This document shows, piece after piece, positions 35,803 to 45,267 of a stretch of DNA of 57,447 bases. The notes below the pieces were generated by a model. It ran no database searches. It had not been told where the DNA came from and saw only the letters and a list, made by a program, of their open reading frames with translations. This DNA is from Pirellulales bacterium (GTDB lineage Bacteria; Planctomycetota; Planctomycetia; Pirellulales; UBA1268). Within the stretch, counting starts at the first letter, position 1. Every line of letters starts with the position of its first letter. The position numbers and the translations under genes were made by a program. Location of the stretch: positions 1 through 57,447 of the forward strand of contig JBIIOK010000004.1 in the NCBI GenBank assembly GCA_044336985.1. The letters are read 5' to 3'.

Positions 35803-36582
35803 TCAAGGACGCTCGGGCGAACGCGGGGCCGGCGCGGCGACGTGGTGAGGACCCGACGCCACCGACTCGATCCGACCGTCCTCCATCGATGCGATGCGGT
35901 CGGCGAATGAATAAGCCCGCGAGTCGTGCGTGACGACGATCACGGCCCGGTCAGGCTGGACGGCGATGTCTTGAATCAGTTCCATCGTGATCCGGCCATT
36001 CTCGGCGTCGAGCGCGCTTGTCGGCTCGTCGCAGACCAGAAGCCGCGGCTCGTGGACGAGCGCCCGCGCGATCGCCACCCGCTGCTGCTGCCCCCCCGAG
36101 AGCTCGCTCGGCAGATTCGTGAGCCGATCGCCGAGGCCGAGCCGGTCGAGCACGTCGGCGGCAGCGGCGACGGCGTCGGACCGCCGCCAGCCGGCGATGA
36201 GCAGCGGCACGGCGGCGTTCTCGACGGCCGTGAGCGAGGGCAGCAGGTTGTAGGACTGAAAGATGAAGCCGACGTTTTCGCGGCGGAATCGCACCTTACG
36301 GCCGTTCGTCATGGTGACCAGATTCCTGCCCAAGACCATACAAGCGCCGGCCGACGGCTCGAGCGTGCCGGCGATGATCGAGACGAGCGTCGTCTTGCCG
36401 CAGCCGCTCGGGCCCACGAGCATGAGCAGTTCGCCGTAGGGCACGTCGAGATCCACGCCGCGCAGCGCCCGCGTCATCGAGTCGCCGCTGCCGAATTCCT
36501 TCGTCACGCCCCTCACGCGGATGGCCATCTCCTCCGTGCCGATGTCGTCGAACGTGTGCGGGGTGGTCATGGCAGGCTTCAT
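35803..36582 (-). CDS. ABC transporter ATPase (DevA/LolD/MacB-like)
   Basis: GPSGCGKT, LSGGQQQRV, CDEPT, VTHD; ATGA overlap with permease stop. Confidence 0.95.
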   Translation of the reverse strand: MKPAMTTPHTFDDIGTEEMAIRVRGVTKEFGSGDSMTRALRGVDLDVPYGELLMLVGPSGCGKTTLVSIIAGTLEPSAGACMVLGRNLVTMTNGRKVRFRRENVGFIFQSYNLLPSLTAVENAAVPLLIAGWRRSDAVAAAADVLDRLGLGDRLTNLPSELSGGQQQRVAIARALVHEPRLLVCDEPTSALDAENGRITMELIQDIAVQPDRAVIVVTHDSRAYSFADRIASMEDGRIESVASGPHHVAAPAPRSPERP

Positions 36583-37715
36583 CCGCGAAAGACGACGGCC
36601 GGGTCGAGCACGAGCACCTTGCGGATCGAGAGCACGCTCGCCACGAGCACGATCACGAACACCGCCGCCGCCGTGATCGCCAGCACCTGCCAGGGCATGA
36701 AGAAGGAGAGCCGCGTCATGCTGCGTGACCACCAGCCGAAGAGGGCCGCCAGCCCCACGCCCACGCCATAGCCCACGAGCCCCACGTGGAGGGCCTGCGA
36801 GAGCACCATGAGCAGGATCATCCAGTTGCTCGTGCCCATCGCCTTGAGGGCGCCGAACTGGCGGATGTTTTCCACGGTGAAGAGATAGAAGGTCTGCCCC
36901 GCGATCGCCGTGCCGACGAAGAACCCAAGCAACACGGTGATGCCGAAGTTGATCGGGATGCCGGTCTTCCGCAGGTAGTAGACGATCGTCTTGCGGAGGA
37001 ACTGGTCGCGGGTGACCGCCTGCAGGCCCGTCTGTTCCTCGATCCGGCGGCAGACATCCTCCGCCGCGAGCCCCGGCTTGGGGCTGGCCAGAACGAACGA
37101 CAGCACCTTCCGCTCCGGCGGCGCGAACGTCACCGCCTGGCTGTACCGCGTGTAGAGAATGGGAAAACTCTGGAACGTGCGACTGGCCTTCGTGATCCCC
37201 ACAATCACGGCCCGGTGATCGTTCATCTCGAAAACGCGGCCCAACCGGAAGGGTTCGCCCGGCCAGATCCGCTTGTAGCCGGCGTCGTCGATGATCACCG
37301 CATCGGGCTTGCGCAGGTCGGCGATCGAGCCCATGAAGACCCCCCCCGGCGCGCCGACGAGCGTGGCATCGTCGAGGCCCAGCAGGATCACCTGCTCGTA
37401 GGAGCCCTCTTCGAGACGGGCCCGTGCGATCCCCTTGTAGAACCGCACCGCCCAGTCGACCCCTGGCACGCCCTTCACGCGAAAGAGCTCGGTGTCGGAG
37501 AGCGGCTTGATGTCGTCGACGAACTGGACGTTTTCGTCCATCACCCAGATGCTCGGCCCCTGCACGTCGCGAATCTGGCTGACGGTGAGCGACATGAGGC
37601 CGCAGAAGATCGAGGCCTGCTGCGCGATGAGGAGCGCAGCGAACACGACCCCGAAGACGATGCCGAGGTACTTCGCCCGGTTGCCGATCAGCATCTTCCA
37701 CGCGATCCAAAACAT
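36579..37715 (-). CDS. ABC transporter permease (DevC/FtsX-like)
   Basis: One N-terminal TM, large periplasmic domain, three C-terminal TMs; FGALKAMG; DPAVVF. Confidence 0.92.
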   Translation of the reverse strand: MFWIAWKMLIGNRAKYLGIVFGVVFAALLIAQQASIFCGLMSLTVSQIRDVQGPSIWVMDENVQFVDDIKPLSDTELFRVKGVPGVDWAVRFYKGIARARLEEGSYEQVILLGLDDATLVGAPGGVFMGSIADLRKPDAVIIDDAGYKRIWPGEPFRLGRVFEMNDHRAVIVGITKASRTFQSFPILYTRYSQAVTFAPPERKVLSFVLASPKPGLAAEDVCRRIEEQTGLQAVTRDQFLRKTIVYYLRKTGIPINFGITVLLGFFVGTAIAGQTFYLFTVENIRQFGALKAMGTSNWMILLMVLSQALHVGLVGYGVGVGLAALFGWWSRSMTRLSFFMPWQVLAITAAAVFVIVLVASVLSIRKVLVLDPAVVFRG

Positions 37716-37763
37716 GCCGCGAGTCTACCGCTCCGCGGAAACCCGCGTCGACCGCTTCGTAAA

Positions 37764-37790
37764 GTAGGCCGCTTCGTCCCGAAGCGGATC
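37764..37790 (+). repeat. Family B GTAG-REP
   Basis: gtaggccgcttcgtcccgaagcggatc; partial copy at 37747-37760. Confidence 0.8.
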
Positions 37791-37882
37791 TGTCTTCACG
37801 CAAAACATCGCCATCCGGGCGATTTTTTCTTGGCAACCTCCGGTTGCTGGTTCTCGCCCGGCCCTCCAGGCCTAGTGCTATG

Positions 37883-38051
37883 CGCCCAACCCGGCTTCGG
37901 GCGACCCGTACCCCGTCGCCGGACGCTCGCTGCGGACATCCTGTCCTTCGCTCGCTCGATGCTGACTGCGCCAGCCAGAGCGCCTCCGCTTGGGCATCCT
38001 GCCTGCGCTTGTCAGCAACGCCGGCGAGCGGGGTACGGGTCGCCCGAAGCC
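37883..38051 (+). repeat. Family C element, copy 5
   Basis: Stem ggcttcgggcgacccgtaccc / gggtacgggtcgcccgaagcc. Confidence 0.9.
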
Positions 38052-38059
38052 TCCGTCTC

Positions 38060-38112
38060 GTAGGACAGGCTTCAGCCTGTCATCAATCAAGACAGGCTGA
38101 AGCCTGTCCTAC
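38060..38112. repeat. Family A REP inverted doublet
   Basis: 38060-38081 and 38091-38112. Confidence 0.92.
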
Positions 38113-38123
38113 TAATCAATAAA

Positions 38124-38280
38124 GCGGGTAGGCACGGGGCTGCCTGTGCCCTCTCGCGGGCTATGGAAGCGAGCGCAGGCAGGATGCCGAAGCGAAGCGG
38201 ACATGCAGTGAGCGAAGGACAGGATGTCCGTAGCGAACGTCCGCCGAGAGGGTACAGGCAGCCTCGTGCCGGGTTAGGCG
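38124..38280 (-). repeat. Family C element, copy 6
   Basis: Reverse-orientation copy; stem ggcacggggctgcctgtgccctctcg / cgagagggtacaggcagcctcgtgcc; family B fragment follows at 38292-38306. Confidence 0.88.
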
Positions 38281-38313
38281 AGTTGAGGCATGACGAAGCG
38301 GTCTACCCGTCGG

Positions 38314-39468
38314 TTATTCGAGCAGGATGATGCGTGGGTCGATCCAGACCGTCGCGATGTTCGCCTCATCGCCGTCGGCCGGCTCGACCACGAGCTCGAT
38401 CTGCCGCGCGCCGTCGAGGTTTGCACGGATGAAGAGAGGCTCGTCACCCCGCTGCAGCACCGGAGAGGCGAACTTTTCCACTCGCGTGCCATCGGCAGGC
38501 ATCGCGAAGACCCGCACGATCGCTCGGCTCCCCTGCCCCGCCGTGTCGTCGATGGCGACGGTCGATTCCAGCCGCTGGGCGGGCCGGCTCAAGTCGTAGC
38601 GGATCCGTGCGGGGGATCCGACTGCTCCGATCGACATTCCCTGGAAGCCTGTGATGCCGCGGGCCGTCGGCCAATCGCCGGCGAGCGTGCGGCCACGCGC
38701 GAAGCGGTGGCCTGCGGTCGATTCCTCGGGAACGATGGCGCTCGGGATGGTGCGAGCGAGGCTCGTCGCGGCCTGCCCCTCCATCGCCACGACGAGGCTG
38801 GGATCGGCGGCGATCGCCGCCGCGGCTTTTTGGGCGATCGAAAGCGGAAAACGTGAGCCATCGTCGAGGGCCACGCGGAGTGCGGCCGCGGGCTGCGGGG
38901 CGTCAGACGCGCTCGTCGTGATGCTTTGCACGCGTTCGATCGGCACCGCCAAGGAGCGGCCCTGCCAATCGATCTCGAGGCGGCCGTCGTGGAGGCGAAG
39001 CGATCGGGCCGACAAGCGGTCGCCGTTGCGGAGTTCGATGAACCAGCGGGCTTGCGAATCGGCGCCGGCCGCCCTCCCCTCCTCGATCTCGGCGTCGGCC
39101 GGGCGGCTCGCGGCCGTTGCGCGAAAGCCTGCGAAGTCGGCAGCCGGCAGCGGGATGGTGCCAAGTGCCGCCGACTTCACCGTGGCCGTCGTGCCGTCGA
39201 AGGCTGCGAGCGTGCCGGCGATCATGCCGCCGTCAGCGAGCACGACGTGCGGCCCGAGCGGCAGAGGCGGGCAGCGACCCCAGGCTACAAGGCTTGCCGC
39301 CGGCATCTCGATCGCGGCGCCATCGCGGCCGCGAAAGACGGCGCTGTCGGCTGTAATGCTTTCGAGCGCGGCGTTCTCGTGCTGCGCGGGGGCGATCGCG
39401 TGCGCGACGGTCGTGACCAACGCGATGGCGGCGCAGAGCATGGCGCGGTGGCGACACGATCGTGTCAT
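38314..39468 (-). CDS. Exported protein with C-terminal NPCBM/NEW2-like domain
   Basis: Signal peptide; LRNGDRL; IRYDL...VAIDD...IELVVE...WIDPRI. Confidence 0.72.
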   Translation of the reverse strand: MTRSCRHRAMLCAAIALVTTVAHAIAPAQHENAALESITADSAVFRGRDGAAIEMPAASLVAWGRCPPLPLGPHVVLADGGMIAGTLAAFDGTTATVKSAALGTIPLPAADFAGFRATAASRPADAEIEEGRAAGADSQARWFIELRNGDRLSARSLRLHDGRLEIDWQGRSLAVPIERVQSITTSASDAPQPAAALRVALDDGSRFPLSIAQKAAAAIAADPSLVVAMEGQAATSLARTIPSAIVPEESTAGHRFARGRTLAGDWPTARGITGFQGMSIGAVGSPARIRYDLSRPAQRLESTVAIDDTAGQGSRAIVRVFAMPADGTRVEKFASPVLQRGDEPLFIRANLDGARQIELVVEPADGDEANIATVWIDPRIILLE

Positions 39469-40505
39469 GGGGATGGCCGATCCCGTTGGTAGAGGGGCGT
39501 GAGGTCGTTTGGCATCTGCAGGACGGTCAGCGCCGCGCTCGTGCCATATTCGGGGCAGGATGGATCCTGCCAGGAGCCGTCGTCGCGCTGGGCGGCGATG
39601 AGCGTCGCCGCCGTGGCGGGATACCAGGCCTCCCAGTCGGCATCTCCCCGCTGCCAGAGCGCGGCCGCCGTGGCAGCGAGACCGTAAAGCGCATATCCGT
39701 CGCCCGACTCGAGCTTGATCGTCGTGCCCAGCTTGACTGGATGGGCATTGAGCCAATCAAAGCCGCGCCGCACCGGCTCCTCCTTGCCGCCGCCGGCCGC
39801 CACGAGCGCGAAGAGCGCCGCGGCCGTCCGCGGGGCGGCGCTCGGCCCGGCCGACGACTGGTAGCGGAAGCCGCCGTCGGCATTTTGCAGCCGCCCGAGG
39901 TACGCGACGGCCCGATCGACCGCCTCCGCGGAGACGTCGAAGCCGGCGTTGCGGAGTGCCCGCAGGGCGTTGAGCATCGCGGCCGTCACGGAGATGTCGG
40001 CGTCGCGCGGGACGGGCTGGTATCGCCAGCCACCCTCTTTGTTCTGCGTGCGCTCGATGAGGCGCCGTGCGCCATCAAGCGCCTCGGCCACCGCCGCGTC
40101 GTCGTCCGTCTCGCCGTAGAGTTCCGCCAGCGCGATCGTCGCGAACGCATGGCCATACATGGGGCCGTGCGCCGCCTGCTCGCGGCCGGCGATGAGGCCG
40201 CTGCCCCCGGCCGAGGCCAGCAGGAAGGCGACGGCCCGCGCGACGGCTCGCGCCCGCGGCCCTTCCGTGGGCGTGCTGCCCGAGCCGACCATCGCCATCG
40301 TGCAGGTGGCCGTCACGGCGGCACTGCCACGAAACGCGGCCGAACCCCAGGAGCCGTCGGGCTGCTGCGCGGTCTCGAGCCAGTCGAGCCCGCGGGCGGT
40401 CGAGGCCTCGATCTCGGAGTCGTTCGCTGCGGCCACGCCGGCGAGCATGAGCCAGATGCTTGCGCAGGCAAGAGTCAGGTGGCATGGATGGAGGCGGTTG
40501 TTCAT
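39465..40505 (-). CDS. Prenyltransferase/squalene-oxidase repeat protein, exported
   Basis: QW-like repeats QQPDGSW, QNKEGGWRY, QNADGGF, QRDDGSW; MYGHAFAT. Confidence 0.88.
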   Translation of the reverse strand: MNNRLHPCHLTLACASIWLMLAGVAAANDSEIEASTARGLDWLETAQQPDGSWGSAAFRGSAAVTATCTMAMVGSGSTPTEGPRARAVARAVAFLLASAGGSGLIAGREQAAHGPMYGHAFATIALAELYGETDDDAAVAEALDGARRLIERTQNKEGGWRYQPVPRDADISVTAAMLNALRALRNAGFDVSAEAVDRAVAYLGRLQNADGGFRYQSSAGPSAAPRTAAALFALVAAGGGKEEPVRRGFDWLNAHPVKLGTTIKLESGDGYALYGLAATAAALWQRGDADWEAWYPATAATLIAAQRDDGSWQDPSCPEYGTSAALTVLQMPNDLTPLYQRDRPSP

Positions 40506-41923
40506 GGCTTCGATCGCTCCTGCTCGAGCAAGAGACGATAGTAGGCGTCGATGGCCCGCTGGTGCGAGGGAAATGTCGCGGCGTCTGAAGCCTGGGGCCG
40601 CAGTGTCTGCGACTGCTCGGGCACGAGCGACCAGACTCGCTCGATGCCGTCGCCGCCCGGCGCGAGGCCGGCAGATTGCGGCGTCTCGGCTGGGGCGCCG
40701 CCATCTCCGGAGCCTGTCGCCGTGCCGGCGGAGGCATTTGTTTCAGGTGGCATTCCCGGCACCGTCACGGCCAAGCCCTCGGCCACCGACGCCGACGCCA
40801 CGGCTCGGTCGAGCCGATCGAGCCTGTCGAGCAGCGCACGGGGATCGCGGTCGAGCGACAGTGGCTCGTTGCCACCCAGAGGCCGCTGCGCTTCGAGCGA
40901 TCCGTTGCCGGTGGCCGCCACGGGGATTCCAAGAAGCGCGGCCGCCTCCGTCAACCGATCCGCGAGATGGCCCGCGGCCTCAGCCGCCGCCGCGAGCCGA
41001 TGGTCGCGAATCGCGGCCGAAACGGCTGCCTTCGCGGAATCAACGTCCGCAGCCAGATCCGCCAGGGCGATGCTCAGCGCGGCTTCATCGGCCGCCTTGG
41101 CCGCGGCCGCGAGCATGTCGGCGTCCGCAGACACGCTCACCAGGCAGTCGTCGTGCAGCGCTGCCGCTTCAGCGATGAGCAGGCGACGGCGAGGTGGAAC
41201 ATCGACGGCGGCAAATCCGGGGGCCTCGGCAAACCAGCCGGCGAGGGAATGGGCGAGCCGGCGCTCGAATCCGGCCAGTGCGGCGATCCGCGCGGCTGCC
41301 TGCCCCGGTGCCGACTGCGGGTCGAATGTCGGCCGAACCGCGGCGCGCGACGAATCGTCTGCGGGAGCCGCCGTCGTGGTCGTCGCGTGCGTGGTGACCG
41401 TATCGCGGCGCGTGCCAGCGATCACGAGCAGTGAGAGCGCCACGGCGGCGACCGCCGCGAAGCCGACGTGCCGCGCGGTGTCCTCGATCGGCGCCGCGCC
41501 GATCCGGTCGGCGGCATCACCCGCCTGCTCGATCGCGAGTGCCTTGAGCGTCGGCGAGCCGTCGCCCGCGGCAGTGGTCTCCTCGAGGAAGTCGATCGCC
41601 CGCGAGATTCGCTCGCCGAGTTCCGGCTGCGTTCGCTCGGCTGCCAGCGCGATCGCCAGACGCGTGGGCCACGAGGCAATCGCGCGGCGGGCGAAAAACC
41701 AGGCGGCGATCGCGGTCGCCGTCAGCACGGTGGCCGCGACGAGACGTGCATCCACGCCGGCGCCGGTGACGCGGCCGGCGATGATCGCGATTGCCCAGAC
41801 GCATGCCGCCACGCAGCCGATCCGGCCGATGACGCCAAGCCCATGCACGACACGGGCCCTTGCGACCCGGCCGTCGATCGCCGTGCGCAGTCGTTCGGCA
41901 GAAGTGGGGGCGATGCTCCTCAT
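40502..41923 (-). CDS. Ala-rich membrane protein with helical C-terminal region
   Basis: About three TM segments; AERTQPELGERISRAIDF; terminal IDAYYRLL; ATGA overlaps at both ends. Confidence 0.7.
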   Translation of the reverse strand: MRSIAPTSAERLRTAIDGRVARARVVHGLGVIGRIGCVAACVWAIAIIAGRVTGAGVDARLVAATVLTATAIAAWFFARRAIASWPTRLAIALAAERTQPELGERISRAIDFLEETTAAGDGSPTLKALAIEQAGDAADRIGAAPIEDTARHVGFAAVAAVALSLLVIAGTRRDTVTTHATTTTAAPADDSSRAAVRPTFDPQSAPGQAAARIAALAGFERRLAHSLAGWFAEAPGFAAVDVPPRRRLLIAEAAALHDDCLVSVSADADMLAAAAKAADEAALSIALADLAADVDSAKAAVSAAIRDHRLAAAAEAAGHLADRLTEAAALLGIPVAATGNGSLEAQRPLGGNEPLSLDRDPRALLDRLDRLDRAVASASVAEGLAVTVPGMPPETNASAGTATGSGDGGAPAETPQSAGLAPGGDGIERVWSLVPEQSQTLRPQASDAATFPSHQRAIDAYYRLLLEQERSKP

Positions 41924-44900
41924 GGCAGCCCCCGCCGGGCACGGGCAGACCACTCGATGGCGCAGGCGGCCACGAACGCGAGCATGAGCAGGCTCGTCGC
42001 CGTCGGTCCGTGGAGCCACGCCCGGCTCGTCGCCCGTGCCGCCGCCACCCGGGGGATCCGCTCGGGCAGTGAGCCGATCGACTCGAGCGAGATACGATCG
42101 CCGCCGCTCGCGACCGCGGCCGCCTCGAAGGCCGCAGTCATGGCGGGCGGCCCCGGCTGCTCGGGCTTCGCCGGCAGCACGAGGAAATCCCGCGAGATGG
42201 TCGGCCGGGTGTGGATCGCGACGCTGTGCCAGCCCGCGTCGAGATGATCGAGCCAGACCGTTCCCGACGAGGCATCGGCAGGCTCCTGCCGACCGTCGGG
42301 CCCCGTGTGCTCGAGCTGCCAGCCGGCGAGATCGGTGGTCGGCCGCGTCGGCTCGATGTCGATCCGCATCGTATCGCCGGCGGCCGGCCGCGATGGCTCG
42401 AGGCTGAGCATGGCGGGGGTGTATCGCGCGAGGATGCGGCCTTCGGCGAGCCTCGATAGCGAGTGTCGCCAAAACGCGGCGTGGTCCATCGAGCCTGCTT
42501 TGGAGCCAGTCGGCCCGCGCAGCCGCCAGGTGGTGAACAGGCTGCCGAGGATGGTGCCCGCCCCGCGTTGATCGAGGATGACCGCGGCCGCCGGTGCGGC
42601 GTCTTCAAAGGTGGTGATCGCCAGAACACGGGCCGTCGGCTTGAGGCTGACGCCTTCGGCGATCGTCCACACATCGGCATGCTTCGCCCCCGCTGGTGTC
42701 GGCATCGCGCCAACCTTCCAGCCCGCCTGCAATGCGGCCGGCAGCCAATCGAGTCGGCCGCCATTGGAGGCCTGCGTCGCCACGCCGACGCGGCGAGACG
42801 CGGGCAGCAAGTCGTCAAGCGGTGAAGCCGCTGAAACGCCCTCGTGCCAGCGGCGGCCGGGACACCACGCCACGCCGACGCCGTCGTTCTGCACCGCGTC
42901 GAGCAGACCGGCCGCGGAGTCGCTCGGGATGTCGTCGCCGTGGATGTCGCCGAGCACGACCACGTCGAACCTGCTCCAGTCGGATGCAGTCTTCGGCAAC
43001 GGCGCCGCGAGCCGCGCCGGTCTCCCATCGCCCTCTGCTCGGCTGCGGCCGTCGAGCAGGCACGCCTCGACGCGAAACCGTCGGTCGGACGCGAGCAGGT
43101 GCTCGAGAAACCGAAACTCGAACCGTGGCACGGCATCGACGATGAGCACCGACACCGGTTCATCGACGACGAGCGTCGCACCCGCCATTCCTCCGGCGGC
43201 GTCATCCGCGGCCTGCTCGCCATCGGGCCGGACGACGAGTGTCTGCATGCCAGCCTCACCTGGCTTCCATCCCACGGTGCCCGAATATCTGTTGGGCAAG
43301 ATCCCGCCGCCAACGCGGTCCGCGCGATCCGGTTGGAGGCTTGCCCGCGCCAGTGGTTGGCCATCGCGAGCCGCGAAAATGATCGGCAGCTGCTTGGCCC
43401 CCGATCGCTCCTCCACCTCGACGGTCACTCGAACCTCTTCGTCGCGCCATGCCACCCGCGGCAGGTCGGCGGCGACGAGCGTGAACGGTGAATCCTTCGA
43501 CTCGGCAGCTGCGCCCGGTCCGCCCACCGGGATGGCAAACAGCGGGACGCCGCGGGCGGCGGCGATCCGGGCCGCATGCTCCCATGTGGCGCCCGATGTG
43601 ATCATCCCGTCGCTCGCGATCGCGATCGCGGAATACCGTGATGGAGCGCCGATCAGCAGTTCCTCGACCGCGTCGCCGATCCGACTGGCATCCGGACCGA
43701 CGGCAACGGACGCGATTGGCTCAGCCCCACGACCGTGCGGTTCGAGCGGTGCGAGGTCGCCTGCGGCCTTGAAGAGCGAGATCGGCGCCGTGGCAAAGCC
43801 CCGATTCGTTTTGCGGGCGCGATCGATTGCCGCGCTGATGGCCGCCAGCCGCGTCAGCCGTCCGCCCGGGACGGACGGTGCCTCCACGTCGGCTGTCGCC
43901 ATGCTCGGCGAGACATCGACCACCAGCGCGATCTCTTGGCGATCTCGATCGTCGTCGGCTCGCGGTGTCTCGCCCGCGCCCAAAAACATCGCGGCAAGCG
44001 CTGCCACGATTGTTGCGCGGGCCGGCCATCCGATCCAGGCAAACGACCGATCCGGCGCCGCGCGGAGCCGCCGGCGGAAGAGCAGCCATGAGAGCAGCGG
44101 ATCGAGGATGGCGAGCGCGATTGCGGCCCCGAGGAGCAGCCGCGTCGGCGGCAGCCGTCGTCGCAGGGCATCGACCGCGGCCACGCCGCGAACCGCACCA
44201 GGCGTGGGCCTCATGCCGGCTGAAGCCGTCGTGGCGCCCGGTTCGATGAGTCGCGAAACGAGCCGGTCCACCAGCGGCACGAACACCGGCCAGGCCGCGA
44301 GGTCGCTCCAGGCATTCGCCGCGCTGCCGGGCGAGCCGGCCCCAAGCGAAAGCGGCAGGCCCGACACGCAGAGGCGGCCCGCACCCACGCGGGCTTCGAC
44401 GATAAGCGGCCTCCCCTCCGGCACAGTCCGGGCGAGCACCGTCACCGGGGCGACGTCGCGCGGCTTGACCACGAGATCCGCGAACGACGAGACGCTCGGC
44501 CCGGGCAGCGTGACGAATGCGTCGCCAGTCGAGGCCGCGCCCGGGAAGTCGGCAAGCGACGGAGCGACGGCGATGCGTTGGCCGGCGCCGGCGACGCCGC
44601 CTGCGATCCTCGTGCCGGCGAGCCCTTCAAGCCAGTCCGAGAGCCACTTTCGCGCCGGCCCGCCGACGGTGTCGGGGCCCACGAGGAAGAGCACCGCCGC
44701 ACCGCGGTGCAGCGCCTGTGCAAGCCCCTCGGCCATAGCGCCCGTTGGCGGAATCCCATCGGCGAGGATCACGATCGCGCCGGCCGTGGCGGAAGAAGCG
44801 GCGGCGAGCTGCGACGCCGGGAGCACTTCGACCGTCGCTGTCGGCAAGCCGCCCGCGGTGCGGATGGCCTCGATCGCCAGCCGCATGGCCGCGACGCTCG

Positions 44901-45267
44901 ATTCCTTGGCCGCATCGCCTGGCTCGACGAAGACGATCCGCCGCGTGCCCGCGCTCAAGACGGCGTCATCGGCCGATGGTGGAACGGCTGCGGGGGCAGC
45001 CAGGAACGGCCGCGCCGCGGCGGCGACGGCGAACAGCAGCATCGTCGCCCGCAGCAGCAAGAGCGGCGTCGAAAAACCCTCCCGCGAAAGTCCGGCCCGC
45101 CTGGCCGCGCTCGCCACGATGTCGATCGGCGCCCAGCGCACCGGCCGCGCTCGGGCGACGGCGAGGTGGGCGATGATGAAGGGCAACGCGACCGCCGGCA
45201 GCCACCCGAGCATCCACGGCCAATCCAAGCCCAGGGCCAGCACGATGCCCGAGGTCGTCATGATCAT
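41920..45267 (-). CDS. BatA-like / vWA / GATase1-like multidomain membrane protein
   Basis: N-terminal LPFIIAHL...LLLLRA...ARP; MIDAS DVSPS and SDG; PRFEFRFL, FDVVVLGD; terminal EWSARARRGL. Confidence 0.78.
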   Translation of the reverse strand: MIMTTSGIVLALGLDWPWMLGWLPAVALPFIIAHLAVARARPVRWAPIDIVASAARRAGLSREGFSTPLLLLRATMLLFAVAAAARPFLAAPAAVPPSADDAVLSAGTRRIVFVEPGDAAKESSVAAMRLAIEAIRTAGGLPTATVEVLPASQLAAASSATAGAIVILADGIPPTGAMAEGLAQALHRGAAVLFLVGPDTVGGPARKWLSDWLEGLAGTRIAGGVAGAGQRIAVAPSLADFPGAASTGDAFVTLPGPSVSSFADLVVKPRDVAPVTVLARTVPEGRPLIVEARVGAGRLCVSGLPLSLGAGSPGSAANAWSDLAAWPVFVPLVDRLVSRLIEPGATTASAGMRPTPGAVRGVAAVDALRRRLPPTRLLLGAAIALAILDPLLSWLLFRRRLRAAPDRSFAWIGWPARATIVAALAAMFLGAGETPRADDDRDRQEIALVVDVSPSMATADVEAPSVPGGRLTRLAAISAAIDRARKTNRGFATAPISLFKAAGDLAPLEPHGRGAEPIASVAVGPDASRIGDAVEELLIGAPSRYSAIAIASDGMITSGATWEHAARIAAARGVPLFAIPVGGPGAAAESKDSPFTLVAADLPRVAWRDEEVRVTVEVEERSGAKQLPIIFAARDGQPLARASLQPDRADRVGGGILPNRYSGTVGWKPGEAGMQTLVVRPDGEQAADDAAGGMAGATLVVDEPVSVLIVDAVPRFEFRFLEHLLASDRRFRVEACLLDGRSRAEGDGRPARLAAPLPKTASDWSRFDVVVLGDIHGDDIPSDSAAGLLDAVQNDGVGVAWCPGRRWHEGVSAASPLDDLLPASRRVGVATQASNGGRLDWLPAALQAGWKVGAMPTPAGAKHADVWTIAEGVSLKPTARVLAITTFEDAAPAAAVILDQRGAGTILGSLFTTWRLRGPTGSKAGSMDHAAFWRHSLSRLAEGRILARYTPAMLSLEPSRPAAGDTMRIDIEPTRPTTDLAGWQLEHTGPDGRQEPADASSGTVWLDHLDAGWHSVAIHTRPTISRDFLVLPAKPEQPGPPAMTAAFEAAAVASGGDRISLESIGSLPERIPRVAAARATSRAWLHGPTATSLLMLAFVAACAIEWSARARRGLP

